From positions 5,971-69,970 of the IMG/VR virus record IMGVR_UViG_2585427590_000001: DNA of 64,000 bases; one strand, 5' to 3'. The DNA is from a virus. Its lineage: Duplodnaviria; Caudoviricetes. Position numbers and translations under genes: made by a program. The notes beneath the pieces were generated by a model. The model had not been told where the DNA came from. It saw only the letters and a program-made list of their open reading frames with translations, and made no database searches. The stretch's first letter is position 1, and each line of letters begins with the position of its first letter. Below, in pieces: positions 1 to 8,919 of this stretch.

Positions 1-59
1 GCCGCGCTTCGCTTTCCACCTAGCGCGCACCGTCTGCGGCAATCATTGGAGAAAAATCA

Positions 60-512
60 ATGGCGCTCATTCAGAGCAAATATGCGAAGGGCATCATCAT
101 CCCGCCGTTCCCGGCCTTTGCCGGAGCGGTTGTTGCACATCGCTTCTTCCACGACTTTGCGTCGGCACCGGCCCTCAACGATATCCTTGAGCTCGCGGTG
201 ATCCCCGCCGGCGCTCGTGTCGTCGATATGATCGTCGATTGCGACGACATGGACAGCGGCACTGCTCTCCTCTTCGACATCGGCATTATGTCGGGTGCTT
301 GGCAGGAAAATAGCGGCAGCCGGACCGTTGGCGCGGAGTTCTTCTCCGGCCTGAACCTCGGTCAGGCTGGCGGCATCGCCCGCCCCTCGCTCAAAACTGC
401 GGTCCGAACGGTGAGGACTGGCGCCGATCGATCCATCGGCGTGAAAATCGCAACGGCGGCCGGGACGTTCGTCGCCGGGCAGCTCGGCTTGACCCTTCTC
501 ATCGAAGGCTAA
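60..512 (+). CDS. Virion structural protein, probable capsid decoration/cement protein
   Basis: GGAG RBS; 150 aa beta-rich protein (DILELAVIPAGARVVDMIVDCDDMD) of the type that follows major capsid genes; followed by a terminator. Confidence 0.65.
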   Translation: MALIQSKYAKGIIIPPFPAFAGAVVAHRFFHDFASAPALNDILELAVIPAGARVVDMIVDCDDMDSGTALLFDIGIMSGAWQENSGSRTVGAEFFSGLNLGQAGGIARPSLKTAVRTVRTGADRSIGVKIATAAGTFVAGQLGLTLLIEG

Positions 513-537
513 GCGGAACCCGCTTTCAGTGCTGAAA

Positions 538-571
538 GGGGGCTCTATTTCTGCGAGCCCCCTATTTCTTT
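538..571 (+). terminator. Rho-independent terminator
   Basis: GGGGGCTC-N9-GAGCCCCC followed by TATTTCTTT. Confidence 0.65.
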
Positions 572-583
572 CAGGGGAGACAC

Positions 584-838
584 ATGCCGCTTATTCAATG
601 CAAGCTTGGTCCGGCCCAGCCCGTCGTTGGCGACAACACCTACGATTTTCGCGTAGACAAGCACGGTCGCTACGTGGCCGAAGTCCACAACATCACTCAT
701 ATAACGGTGCTGCTCTCGGTCGAGCATTACATCATTGCCCCCGAGATCAACGAAGAGCCCGCCCCGCCACCGGCTGCTGACCCTATTCCAGTTCCTGCCC
801 GCGCTCCTGTAGTTCGCCGCGACAAGCGCCGGAGCTAA
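584..838 (+). CDS. Phage hypothetical protein
   Basis: GGGGAG RBS; 84 aa; tightly packed in the operon. Confidence 0.7.
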   Translation: MPLIQCKLGPAQPVVGDNTYDFRVDKHGRYVAEVHNITHITVLLSVEHYIIAPEINEEPAPPPAADPIPVPARAPVVRRDKRRS

Positions 839-840
839 AG

Positions 841-1524
841 ATGTACGCCAGCGCCATCATGTCGAGTGCTGCCATCCTTCTTCTAGATGAGGAGCATGTG
901 CGGTGGCCGCTGGCCGAGCTCGCCGGCTGGCTGGATGAAGGCGTGCGCGCAATCGTCGTCGTGAAGCCTTCAGCGTCGAGTGTCACAATGGAGCTGTCTC
1001 TGGAAAAGGGCACGAAGCAGAAGCTCCCCGATGACGCCAGCATACTGCAGCTTCTCGATATCCTTCGAAACGTCGAGGGCATCAACGGCGCAGCCGGCCG
1101 CGCCATTCGCTCGGCGTCCCGTGCCGAGCTCGATTCCAATCAACCGCGCTGGCATGATCCCGCATACGTGCCTTTCCGGAGAGAGGTTCGCCAGTTCGTT
1201 TTCGACGCCGGATTGCCGCGGGAGTATTTCGTCTACCCCGGGAACGACGGCACCGGCAAAGTGGATGCAGCTGTTGCCAAGCTCCCTGAGACCGTCTCTG
1301 AGCGGCAGACTGGCGATAAGACCTCGCTCGCCACCTGGGAAATCGAAATTGGCCTGGCAGACCAGTATCAACCTGCTCTGCTCGACTACGTGATGTATCG
1401 GGCCTTCAGCAAGGAAGATCCTGCCGCTTCACCCCAACGTGCCATCACGCACTATCAGGCGTTCGCAACTGCCATTGGCCTCCGGTCTCAGGTCGAGAGC
1501 TCGACTAGCCCAGGGAGGAAGTAA
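841..1524 (+). CDS. Probable head-tail adaptor / virion structural protein
   Basis: VRWPLAELAGWLDEG...ALLDYVMYRAFSKE pattern of podovirus adaptor proteins; position after head genes. Confidence 0.65.
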   Translation: MYASAIMSSAAILLLDEEHVRWPLAELAGWLDEGVRAIVVVKPSASSVTMELSLEKGTKQKLPDDASILQLLDILRNVEGINGAAGRAIRSASRAELDSNQPRWHDPAYVPFRREVRQFVFDAGLPREYFVYPGNDGTGKVDAAVAKLPETVSERQTGDKTSLATWEIEIGLADQYQPALLDYVMYRAFSKEDPAASPQRAITHYQAFATAIGLRSQVESSTSPGRK

Positions 1525-2148
1525 ATGACGCGGATGACCGACATCGACGACTTCTTGCCAGAGGTCCTGCGTTATGCGCCGAACGCGAGCGATATCGTCG
1601 CGCAGCGTCATCTCCTGACTGCGGCAAGGGAACTTTGCTCTCGCCTGAAAATCTGGCGCGAGACCGATCGCTTCCCAATCACGGCACCGGACATGCAGGG
1701 TGTCTGCACCATCCGTGACGCGGACATTGAGCGCATCGAGGCGGCATTTCTCGATGGCGTATCCCTTGTGCCTACCACCGTTGCCTGGCTCGACGCGAAC
1801 GATCCCACTTGGTCGATCACAGAGGATTCGGGGAGCGCCCGCTACGTGACGCAGTTGGAGCCGAACACGGTTACTGTCGTCCCACGCGCCACCGGGACGA
1901 TGAATATCCGCCTCGTTCTAAAGCCTGCCCGTGACGCTCTGTCCCTGCCGGCATTTCTGCTCGACGACTACGCCAACGAGATTGGCCGTGGTGCGGCCGC
2001 CGCGATCCTGACGGACCCAAACTCCGACAATCCGCAGCTCGGCCTTGACCATCGCTCATGGTTTGAGGGCCGACTCGACTATCTGGCAACCAAGGCAGCC
2101 AAAGGCCAGCAAGGCGCCCGGCTCCGCACGAAGGGAGCTTATCTCTGA
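1525..2148 (+). CDS. Virion structural protein (adaptor-like)
   Basis: 207 aa; abuts both neighbours; structural operon context. Confidence 0.6.
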   Translation: MTRMTDIDDFLPEVLRYAPNASDIVAQRHLLTAARELCSRLKIWRETDRFPITAPDMQGVCTIRDADIERIEAAFLDGVSLVPTTVAWLDANDPTWSITEDSGSARYVTQLEPNTVTVVPRATGTMNIRLVLKPARDALSLPAFLLDDYANEIGRGAAAAILTDPNSDNPQLGLDHRSWFEGRLDYLATKAAKGQQGARLRTKGAYL

Positions 2149-2564
2149 TGCCCGCAAGCACCTACCTTGGCAACGCTCTGCTCAATCAGTTTCTGCGCGG
2201 CGTCGCGGTGACACCCCCGACGAGCATCTACGTATCCCTTCACACTGCCGATCCCGGCAATGACGGCGTGAACGAAGTCACAACAGTTGCTTGGCCCGCC
2301 TATGTCCGGCTCAATGCCGCCCAGGGCGGCGCAATCGGATCCGGCTTTGGTGCTGCTGCGGCCAAGCTCAGCGCCAACTTAAAGGAACTGCTCTGGCCCG
2401 CCAACAACGGCGCCGGCCCCGTGACTGTGACGCATTTCGGAATTTGGGATGCCGCTACAGGCGGGAACCTCCTTTTCCATGACGCACTCACCTCGTCGAA
2501 AACCTACCAACCATCTGATGAAGGCGTGCTGCATGCTGGCGCGCTCGAAGTCGAGGTGAATTGA
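2148..2564 (+). CDS. Tail-fiber-associated virion structural protein
   Basis: YLGNALLN...YVSLHTADPG...THFGIWDAATGGNLL family pattern; TGATG coupling. Confidence 0.7.
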   Translation: MPASTYLGNALLNQFLRGVAVTPPTSIYVSLHTADPGNDGVNEVTTVAWPAYVRLNAAQGGAIGSGFGAAAAKLSANLKELLWPANNGAGPVTVTHFGIWDAATGGNLLFHDALTSSKTYQPSDEGVLHAGALEVEVN

Positions 2565-3076
2565 TGTTTTCACGCGGTTCGATCAATGGCAGCGAAATGA
2601 ATGTGCTCGCGATCAACGCCGGCACTTTCGTCCTTGAGATGGATTCAGACGTTACAGTCTCAATTGCCTCGACGGGCGTCGTCCTCCCACGCAGAGGCAT
2701 GAGCGCTGACGTTACCGCGTCTCTCGATTCCCAGGCCGGGTTACTTCGGAGGGTGACGCCACACGCTCACGGTGTCACCTCTATTAACGGTCGGTGTGTG
2801 CTGGTTCGCCGGCCCGTATTCGTCGGGAAGCTCAATATCGAAGCTAACATTGAGATGTTGTTTCTCCGACGGGTATCGCACGAATTTACCGCCTCGGTCA
2901 GCTTCGTCGGCAGAGCGACACCGGCTTGGCGGGCACTACACCCAACCCAACCCGCTCGTATCGTGGTGATTACCGACTACCGACGCATCGCGGTCATGCG
3001 CGAGGATCGCCTAGTAGCTATCGGCCCGGAGCGACGCCGGATTGTCGTTCCTCGCGACCGGGAGGCAATTCAGTGA
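2564..3076 (+). CDS. Phage structural/hypothetical protein
   Basis: ATG overlaps the upstream stop; N-terminal INGSEMN motif; operon context. Confidence 0.6.
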   Translation: MFSRGSINGSEMNVLAINAGTFVLEMDSDVTVSIASTGVVLPRRGMSADVTASLDSQAGLLRRVTPHAHGVTSINGRCVLVRRPVFVGKLNIEANIEMLFLRRVSHEFTASVSFVGRATPAWRALHPTQPARIVVITDYRRIAVMREDRLVAIGPERRRIVVPRDREAIQ

Positions 3077-3354
3077 CTACCGATGTCATCACGAAAACTC
3101 CGGCCGACGTTCTCGACTACGATTTCGAATTTGCACGGTGGCTGCCATCTGGAGACCGCATCGCCAGCGCCACGGCGCAACTCGGCGAGGGCACGACCGC
3201 AACTATAGACCACGTTGACACGTCCGACACGGTTGCCCGTGCGTGGCTTACCGGTGGCGTTGCAGGCGAGTACAGCACAGTCACCGTCACAATCACCACT
3301 GTTCAGGGCCGGATCAAACAGGTCTCCGCAGCCCTCAAAATCAGGGAGCCGTGA
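3073..3354 (+). CDS. Fiber-tail adaptor-like protein
   Basis: GGAGG RBS and GTG at 3073; KTPADVLDYDFEFARWL motif. Confidence 0.65.
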   Translation: MTTDVITKTPADVLDYDFEFARWLPSGDRIASATAQLGEGTTATIDHVDTSDTVARAWLTGGVAGEYSTVTVTITTVQGRIKQVSAALKIREP

Positions 3355-3355
3355 A

Positions 3356-4630
3356 ATGGCTTTAAAGGTTACCAACAACGCCATTTCAACCTTAGCCGGC
3401 GCGATAGCATCTGGCGACACAAGCCTAAGCGTCGCTTCCGGGGATGCTTCAAAGTTCCCGACACTCGGAGCGGGCGATTGGTTTCCGCTGACTATTGTCG
3501 ACGCCAGCGGAAACTTGGAAATTGTAAAGGTTACGGCACGTAGCGGCGCAGTCCTCACCGTTGTCCGTGGACAGGAAGGTACCGCCGCACGGTCCTTTGC
3601 AGCTGGCTCGAGGTGCGACATACGGCAGACGGCAGCGGTTTTCGATGCAAAGCTGGATTCAAGCCAGCTTGACACTGACGGTGCCCTGGCCGCGAACAGC
3701 GATACTAAAATCGCAAGTCAAAAAGCGATCAAGACTTACGTCGACGGCACCGCAGCGAGCAAGCTCGACAAAAGTGGTGGCTCCGTATCTGGAGACATCG
3801 ACATGACTGGCCACCAGATCAAGAACGCCGGCGACGCTGGAAAGGTCGATTTCTTCGCGATCCGTTCCGCTCCGACGGGATGGTTGAAAGCGAATGGCGC
3901 AGCTGTATCCAGAACGACTTATGCCGCGCTATTCGCCGCTCTAGTCACCAATGAAAACTTTACGTCTCAAAACTTCACGGTGACGGTCGCGGCACCTGGC
4001 GTTGTGACAAAGACGGCGCACGGCTTCGTCGGTGGAGAGCGCCTACGTCTCAGCACAACAGGGGCTCTGCCGACGGGGCTGAATACCACGGCGGATTTCT
4101 TCGTCATTTTCGTGGATGCCAATACGTTCCGTCTTGCAACTAGCCAAGACAACGCGATCGCGGGAACAGCAGTTACGACGACAGGCACGCAGAGCGGCAC
4201 GCATTCGTATATGCAGAGCCTTTGGGGCTTGGGCGACGGATCAACGACGTTCAATCTTCCTGACCTCAGGTCTGAATTCATCCGCGGCCTCGACGATGGC
4301 CGTGGAGTGGATACAAACCGTACCATGGGTTCCGCGCAAAGATCACAGAACCTTGCGCACGCCCACGGCGTCACCGATCCGACGCACGTTCACGGTGTTG
4401 GCGACCCTGGGCACTCTCACCCCGTTATCGGCTCATCCGGTACAGCAACTTTCGCATCTGGTCTTGTTAGCGCCAACAAAGGGAATGTGAACGATGTGAA
4501 CGGCACCGCAGCCGCTGTTGGAACAGGTATTTGGATCGGCGGCGCTGCAACCGGCATCTCCATTCAATCGGCAGGTGGCGCGGAGGCGCGTCCGCGTAAC
4601 GCTGCGCTCCTCGCTTGCATCAAGTACTGA
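3356..4630 (+). CDS. Tail fiber protein with phage tail collar domain
   Basis: APTGWLKANGAAVSRTTYAALF...GDGSTTFNLPDLRSEFIRG collar motif, HxH repeats, C-terminal EARPRN..LLACIKY; start re-called at ATG 3356. Confidence 0.88.
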   Translation: MALKVTNNAISTLAGAIASGDTSLSVASGDASKFPTLGAGDWFPLTIVDASGNLEIVKVTARSGAVLTVVRGQEGTAARSFAAGSRCDIRQTAAVFDAKLDSSQLDTDGALAANSDTKIASQKAIKTYVDGTAASKLDKSGGSVSGDIDMTGHQIKNAGDAGKVDFFAIRSAPTGWLKANGAAVSRTTYAALFAALVTNENFTSQNFTVTVAAPGVVTKTAHGFVGGERLRLSTTGALPTGLNTTADFFVIFVDANTFRLATSQDNAIAGTAVTTTGTQSGTHSYMQSLWGLGDGSTTFNLPDLRSEFIRGLDDGRGVDTNRTMGSAQRSQNLAHAHGVTDPTHVHGVGDPGHSHPVIGSSGTATFASGLVSANKGNVNDVNGTAAAVGTGIWIGGAATGISIQSAGGAEARPRNAALLACIKY

Positions 4631-4641
4631 GGTTTACGGCC

Positions 4642-5253
4642 ATGCAGATTTATCATTATGACGGCACTACAAGCATTTATCTCGGTCCGGGATATGCAGA
4701 TCCCGATCCAATCGAAAACCCGGATGGCGATATCAACGGCGTCTGGTTGATCCCGGCCAACTCGACTTCAATCGCGCCGCCAGCAGAGGCGGAAGGGAAC
4801 CTTCGCATCTTCCGCGACGGCGCATGGGGCTATGTTGCGATCGACTCGCCGGGAGATAATCCACAGCTTGAACCGCTGCCGCCGAGCGCCACCGACGTTG
4901 ATTTGGAGCGGGACCGACGGATCTCCGCGGGGTTCACTTTCGGTGGGGCCTTCTACCAATCACGACCACAAGATCGCGAGAACATCATGGGTGCTTCGAC
5001 GGCGGCACTCGCGGCAATGATTTCAGGCGCACAACCGGGTGATTATCGTTGGGATGGAGAGAATAGCGATTTCCAATGGATTGACGCCTCCAACGCGACG
5101 CATCCCATGGATGCACAAACGATGTTTGCGCTCGGTAAAGCCGCGATGGCGCATAAGCAGGCGCACATCTTCGCTGCCCGCGCGATCAAGGACATGTCGC
5201 CGATACCAGCCGATTTCGCAACAAACCCCGCCTATTGGCCTTCGGTGGTCTAA
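4642..5253 (+). CDS. Tail fiber assembly chaperone-like protein (DUF4376-like C-terminus)
   Basis: IYHYD..T..YLG...ADPDP...WLIPANST..APP N-terminus; ERDRRI..GF.F.G..YQ and W.DA.N..HPM motifs; follows the fiber gene. Confidence 0.75.
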   Translation: MQIYHYDGTTSIYLGPGYADPDPIENPDGDINGVWLIPANSTSIAPPAEAEGNLRIFRDGAWGYVAIDSPGDNPQLEPLPPSATDVDLERDRRISAGFTFGGAFYQSRPQDRENIMGASTAALAAMISGAQPGDYRWDGENSDFQWIDASNATHPMDAQTMFALGKAAMAHKQAHIFAARAIKDMSPIPADFATNPAYWPSVV

Positions 5254-6999
5254 ATGCCGGTCGTAAAGATTGCTGCCTTTGCCGGTGAAAAGCCACTAAT
5301 TACGCCGCGGCTACTGCCGGAGACGGCGGCCAAGGCAGCATTCAACACCCGTCTGAATGACGGCGCCCTCACGCCGGCGAACAAGCCGACCAGCAGCGGG
5401 GCTTCAGCCAGCGCACCTAGCGACCGTTCGATCTATCGCCACCAAGGAACTTGGCTCTCTTGGGCTGCAGACGTTTCGGCAGCTCCGGGCCCTGTAGCAG
5501 ACGATCGCCTCTACTACACCGGCGACGGCGTTCCGAAGGTCCGCATCGCCGCCACCGTCTATCCACTTGCTGTTGCACGTCCGGTAGGAGCGTTGACCTC
5601 CGCCCTGGGGGGAACCGGCTCCGGAGACACTCAAAGCAGAACCTACGTCTACACCTGGGTAACAGACTTTGGCGAGGAATCCGCGCCATGCCCTGCGTCC
5701 AACATCATCGACTGGAAACCCGGGAACACAGTGACCCTGTCCGGTTTTGTGAGTGCTCCCGCCGGCAGAGCGATTACGAAGCAACGCATTTATCGCTCGC
5801 AGACCGGCTCTAGCGGGACGTATTTTTACCTCATCGCCGAGCGAGCCGCTTCGAACGCGAATTTCTCCGACACCATCGCGGTCGACGCCTTTCAGGAGCC
5901 ACTTCCGTCTGCAGATTGGACGCCGCCGCCAGATACACTTTCGGGGCTTATAGCCATGCCCAACGGCATGATGGCTGCCTTCTCAGGACGCGACGTCTAT
6001 TTCTGCGAACCTTATCGCCCCCACGCATGGCCGGAAAAGTACGTCATGACGTGCGAGAGCGAGATCGTGGCTGTCCGCGCCATCGGCACCTCTCTGATCG
6101 TCATGACGAAAGGCCAGCCCTACCTTATGACCGGCTCCGCACCAGACACGATGCAGAGCCTAAAGCTGGAAGCGAACTTCCCATGCATCAACGCCCGCGG
6201 TGTCGCTGATCTTGGGTTTGCCATTTGCTATCCATCGAATCTCGGGCTAATTGCCGTTCGTGCTGACGGCTCGATTGCGCTTGCTACGGGCGACCTGTTC
6301 GACCGCGATGCCTGGTTGGCCCTTTCCCCCAGCACAATCCTCGGCGCCCAACACGCCGGCAACTACGTTTTGTTCTACAACACCTTCGATGCGTCGGGCT
6401 CTCGCTTCCAGGGAGCGCTCTTAATCAATGTTAACGCTGCCCAATACCTTGTCAGGGCGAACATCATTGCTGACGCGCTGTTTTATTCACTCGAAGACGA
6501 GGGTCTCTATTTCAAACGGCCCGACGAAGCCGCAATCCAGTGCTTCGATTCGCCTGACGGCTCGCCTGAAACCTACTATTGGCGATCAAAAGAATTCTGG
6601 TTGACGCAGCCCGTAAATTTTGGGGCCGCGCTGATTGATCTTGGCAATGGCGTATCGCTTAAATCGCAAGCCAACATAGAGGCCGAGCGAACGGAGATCA
6701 TAGCTCACAACTCCGCCCTCATCGCCTCCGGCGCTCTCGTGTCATCGATCAATGACTACGCCATCAACGACCAGGCGGTTAACGAAGACGCGCTGCTCAC
6801 AATCCCGGAGTATGGTGAGGTCACATTTAACGTCTATGCGGATAAGAAGCTGATCTATTCGGGGCACGTTGCCGGACGAGTTTTGCGTCTCCCGGCCGGC
6901 TTCAAGGCTCGTTGCTGGGAGATTGATGTCACCGCCAACGTCCAAATCACGCAGATCATCATCGCCGGCACCGTCGACGAGTTGAGGAGCGCGGCATGA
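5254..6999 (+). CDS. Tail nozzle / packaged-DNA stabilization-like protein
   Basis: 581 aa beta-rich; YVYTWVTDFGEESAP, FCEPYRPHAWP and YYWRSKEF motifs; podovirus tail context. Confidence 0.7.
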   Translation: MPVVKIAAFAGEKPLITPRLLPETAAKAAFNTRLNDGALTPANKPTSSGASASAPSDRSIYRHQGTWLSWAADVSAAPGPVADDRLYYTGDGVPKVRIAATVYPLAVARPVGALTSALGGTGSGDTQSRTYVYTWVTDFGEESAPCPASNIIDWKPGNTVTLSGFVSAPAGRAITKQRIYRSQTGSSGTYFYLIAERAASNANFSDTIAVDAFQEPLPSADWTPPPDTLSGLIAMPNGMMAAFSGRDVYFCEPYRPHAWPEKYVMTCESEIVAVRAIGTSLIVMTKGQPYLMTGSAPDTMQSLKLEANFPCINARGVADLGFAICYPSNLGLIAVRADGSIALATGDLFDRDAWLALSPSTILGAQHAGNYVLFYNTFDASGSRFQGALLINVNAAQYLVRANIIADALFYSLEDEGLYFKRPDEAAIQCFDSPDGSPETYYWRSKEFWLTQPVNFGAALIDLGNGVSLKSQANIEAERTEIIAHNSALIASGALVSSINDYAINDQAVNEDALLTIPEYGEVTFNVYADKKLIYSGHVAGRVLRLPAGFKARCWEIDVTANVQITQIIIAGTVDELRSAA

Positions 7000-7253
7000 A
7001 CACGAAATTCGAAGGTGCCCGCCTGCAAGAGATGCTCGAGGTTCTCGCGGGCGTCCGAGCTGGCGATCGCAGCAAGGCTGCGGTCCGGATCGAGGACTTC
7101 ACCGAAATCCTAAAGATGCCCGAAATGCAGACAGACACCATCACGGCGGCGCCGACGATGGATCAATTCAACTCTCTCGTCCGCGATGTGCGCGCGATCA
7201 ATGCCGCTTTGAACGCTCTTGCCCTGGCAATCCAGAAGAGGCAAATCCGGTGA
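6996..7253 (+). CDS. Phage hypothetical protein
   Basis: ATGA overlap; GAGGAG RBS; 85 aa helical. Confidence 0.7.
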   Translation: MNTKFEGARLQEMLEVLAGVRAGDRSKAAVRIEDFTEILKMPEMQTDTITAAPTMDQFNSLVRDVRAINAALNALALAIQKRQIR

Positions 7254-7705
7254 AGCAAGTCGTATATGACCATCCCGACGAGATGATCGCCTGGGCAGAA
7301 GCAAAGATCGGGCATGACTGCCGATTTCGCGACGATGCGCGGGCGATAGGCCTCCGAAACGAGAACGGCTATCTCGGCGTAGTCGTGTTCGACGCGTTCA
7401 CGACAACAGGTTGCTGGATTAGTGTCGCCTCTGACGGCACCGGGAAATGGCTCACCCGCGAATTCATCCTGCGCGTCTTTGCTTATCCCTTCATCCAGTG
7501 CGGGCACCCTCGCCTCAATGCGTTCGTGTCGGCTGGGAACCAAACATCGGCAGCTTTTTGCCGTAGCTTCGGGTTTACTGAAGAGGGCCGAATGCGCGAA
7601 GCCGGCTTCAATCGCGAGGACCTGATTGTGTTCGGGATGCTCCGCGGCGAATGCCGCTGGCTCCCCGAGCGCTTCTCTGGAAAACTAGGCCGGGCTTTGC
7701 TATAA
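7250..7705 (+). CDS. GNAT-family acetyltransferase (T7 gp13-like position)
   Basis: V..GN..S..FC..FGF.EEG..R motif; precedes ejection proteins. Confidence 0.8.
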   Translation: MKQVVYDHPDEMIAWAEAKIGHDCRFRDDARAIGLRNENGYLGVVVFDAFTTTGCWISVASDGTGKWLTREFILRVFAYPFIQCGHPRLNAFVSAGNQTSAAFCRSFGFTEEGRMREAGFNREDLIVFGMLRGECRWLPERFSGKLGRALL

Positions 7706-7736
7706 AGCCCCGAAACACGTCGCGCACGAGTGCGGC
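7681..7736 (+). promoter_or_regulatory. Putative late promoter plus GCGCACGAGTGC leader hairpin
   Basis: AAAACT..CGGG.TTTGC-TATAAA (7701-7706), then CGCA-CGAG-TGCG; same architecture upstream of the giant gene. Confidence 0.6.
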
Positions 7737-7758
7737 CTCCATCACGAGGTTGGCACAC

Positions 7759-8919
7759 ATGGGCAAGTCGACGTCCTCCGCACCAGATCCAGATCCGAAA
7801 ATCGGCGAATCCGCCCTGCTGCAAGCGCAGACGGGTGAGAAGTGGCTCAGCTTTGCGAAAGATGCCTTCGCGGTCTCTCAGGATCGCCAGAAGGAGCTCG
7901 ATGCTATCACGAAGCAGGTCAGCCAGCAGCAGCTCGGACTTGCCACAGATCAGGCGGATTGGGCGCGCGAGGACCGAAACCGCTACAACACCACGTTCAA
8001 ACCCATCGAAGACGATTTCATCAAAGAGGCGACGAACTACGCCAGCGAGGATAAACAGGCAGAGGCCGCGGCGGAGGCCCGTGCCGACGTCTCCACGGCC
8101 GCCGCCAATGCGCGCGCGGCCAACGAACGCAATGCCGCTTCGATGGGTATCAACCCGGCTTCTGGCCGGTTCGCCGGCATCGCAGCCACCACTGACATGA
8201 ACCAGACACTGGCGGAGGCTGGGGCCGCTAATACGGCTCGTCAAGCCGTGCGAGACAAGGGCCTTGCTCTGAAAGCGGACGTTGTCAACCTCGGCAAAGG
8301 CCTGCCTGCTACCGCAGCTGCGGGCGCGGCCGGTAGCGTCTCGGCTAGTGGTACCGCCCTCAGTGGCAATCAGGCGACCAATGCTCAGGCGCTGGCCGCC
8401 CCCAGCATCGTATCTCAGGGCTACGGCGGCGCAATGCAGGGCTATGCCGGTCAAGCTTCGACGCTCAATCAACAGTATGGCCTTCAGCTTGATGCCTGGA
8501 AGGCGCAGCAGCAGGCTAACGCACAGGGCGCGGCCGGTATAGGCAGCTTCTTGGGCGGCATCGCCTCTATGTTCACCTTCCCCTCCGACGAGAACGTCAA
8601 GCACGACAAGGCGGAGATCGAAGACGGCAAAGCGCTGGATGCGGTCAACAACATGCCGGTCACTGAATGGACCTATGATCAAGGCGTCGGTGACGGCGGT
8701 CGTCACGTCGGGCCGATGGCGCAGGACTTCCAGCGCGAGACCGGAAAGGGCGACGGCAAGTCTATCGCCGTTCAGGATGCAATCGGCATTCTGATGAAAG
8801 CCACGCAGGATCTTGATCGGAAGGTCGACCGAATGGCCGACGTCATCGGCCTTGGAGACGCCCCAGTAGCGCGCCCGAAGGCAAAGCAGCAACAGTCTGA
8901 TGTGAGGATGGCGGCATGA
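7759..8919 (+). CDS. Ejection/DNA-transfer-like protein with C-terminal S74 intramolecular chaperone domain
   Basis: GAGG RBS; MGKSTSSAP start; Ala/Gln/Gly-rich helical body; SDENVK...WTY...HVGPMAQDF S74 motif. Confidence 0.75.
   Translation: MGKSTSSAPDPDPKIGESALLQAQTGEKWLSFAKDAFAVSQDRQKELDAITKQVSQQQLGLATDQADWAREDRNRYNTTFKPIEDDFIKEATNYASEDKQAEAAAEARADVSTAAANARAANERNAASMGINPASGRFAGIAATTDMNQTLAEAGAANTARQAVRDKGLALKADVVNLGKGLPATAAAGAAGSVSASGTALSGNQATNAQALAAPSIVSQGYGGAMQGYAGQASTLNQQYGLQLDAWKAQQQANAQGAAGIGSFLGGIASMFTFPSDENVKHDKAEIEDGKALDAVNNMPVTEWTYDQGVGDGGRHVGPMAQDFQRETGKGDGKSIAVQDAIGILMKATQDLDRKVDRMADVIGLGDAPVARPKAKQQQSDVRMAA

Noticed and set aside
7483-8892. 469-aa ORF on the - strand
   Set aside because: Antisense shadow of real + strand genes in high-GC DNA; no motifs
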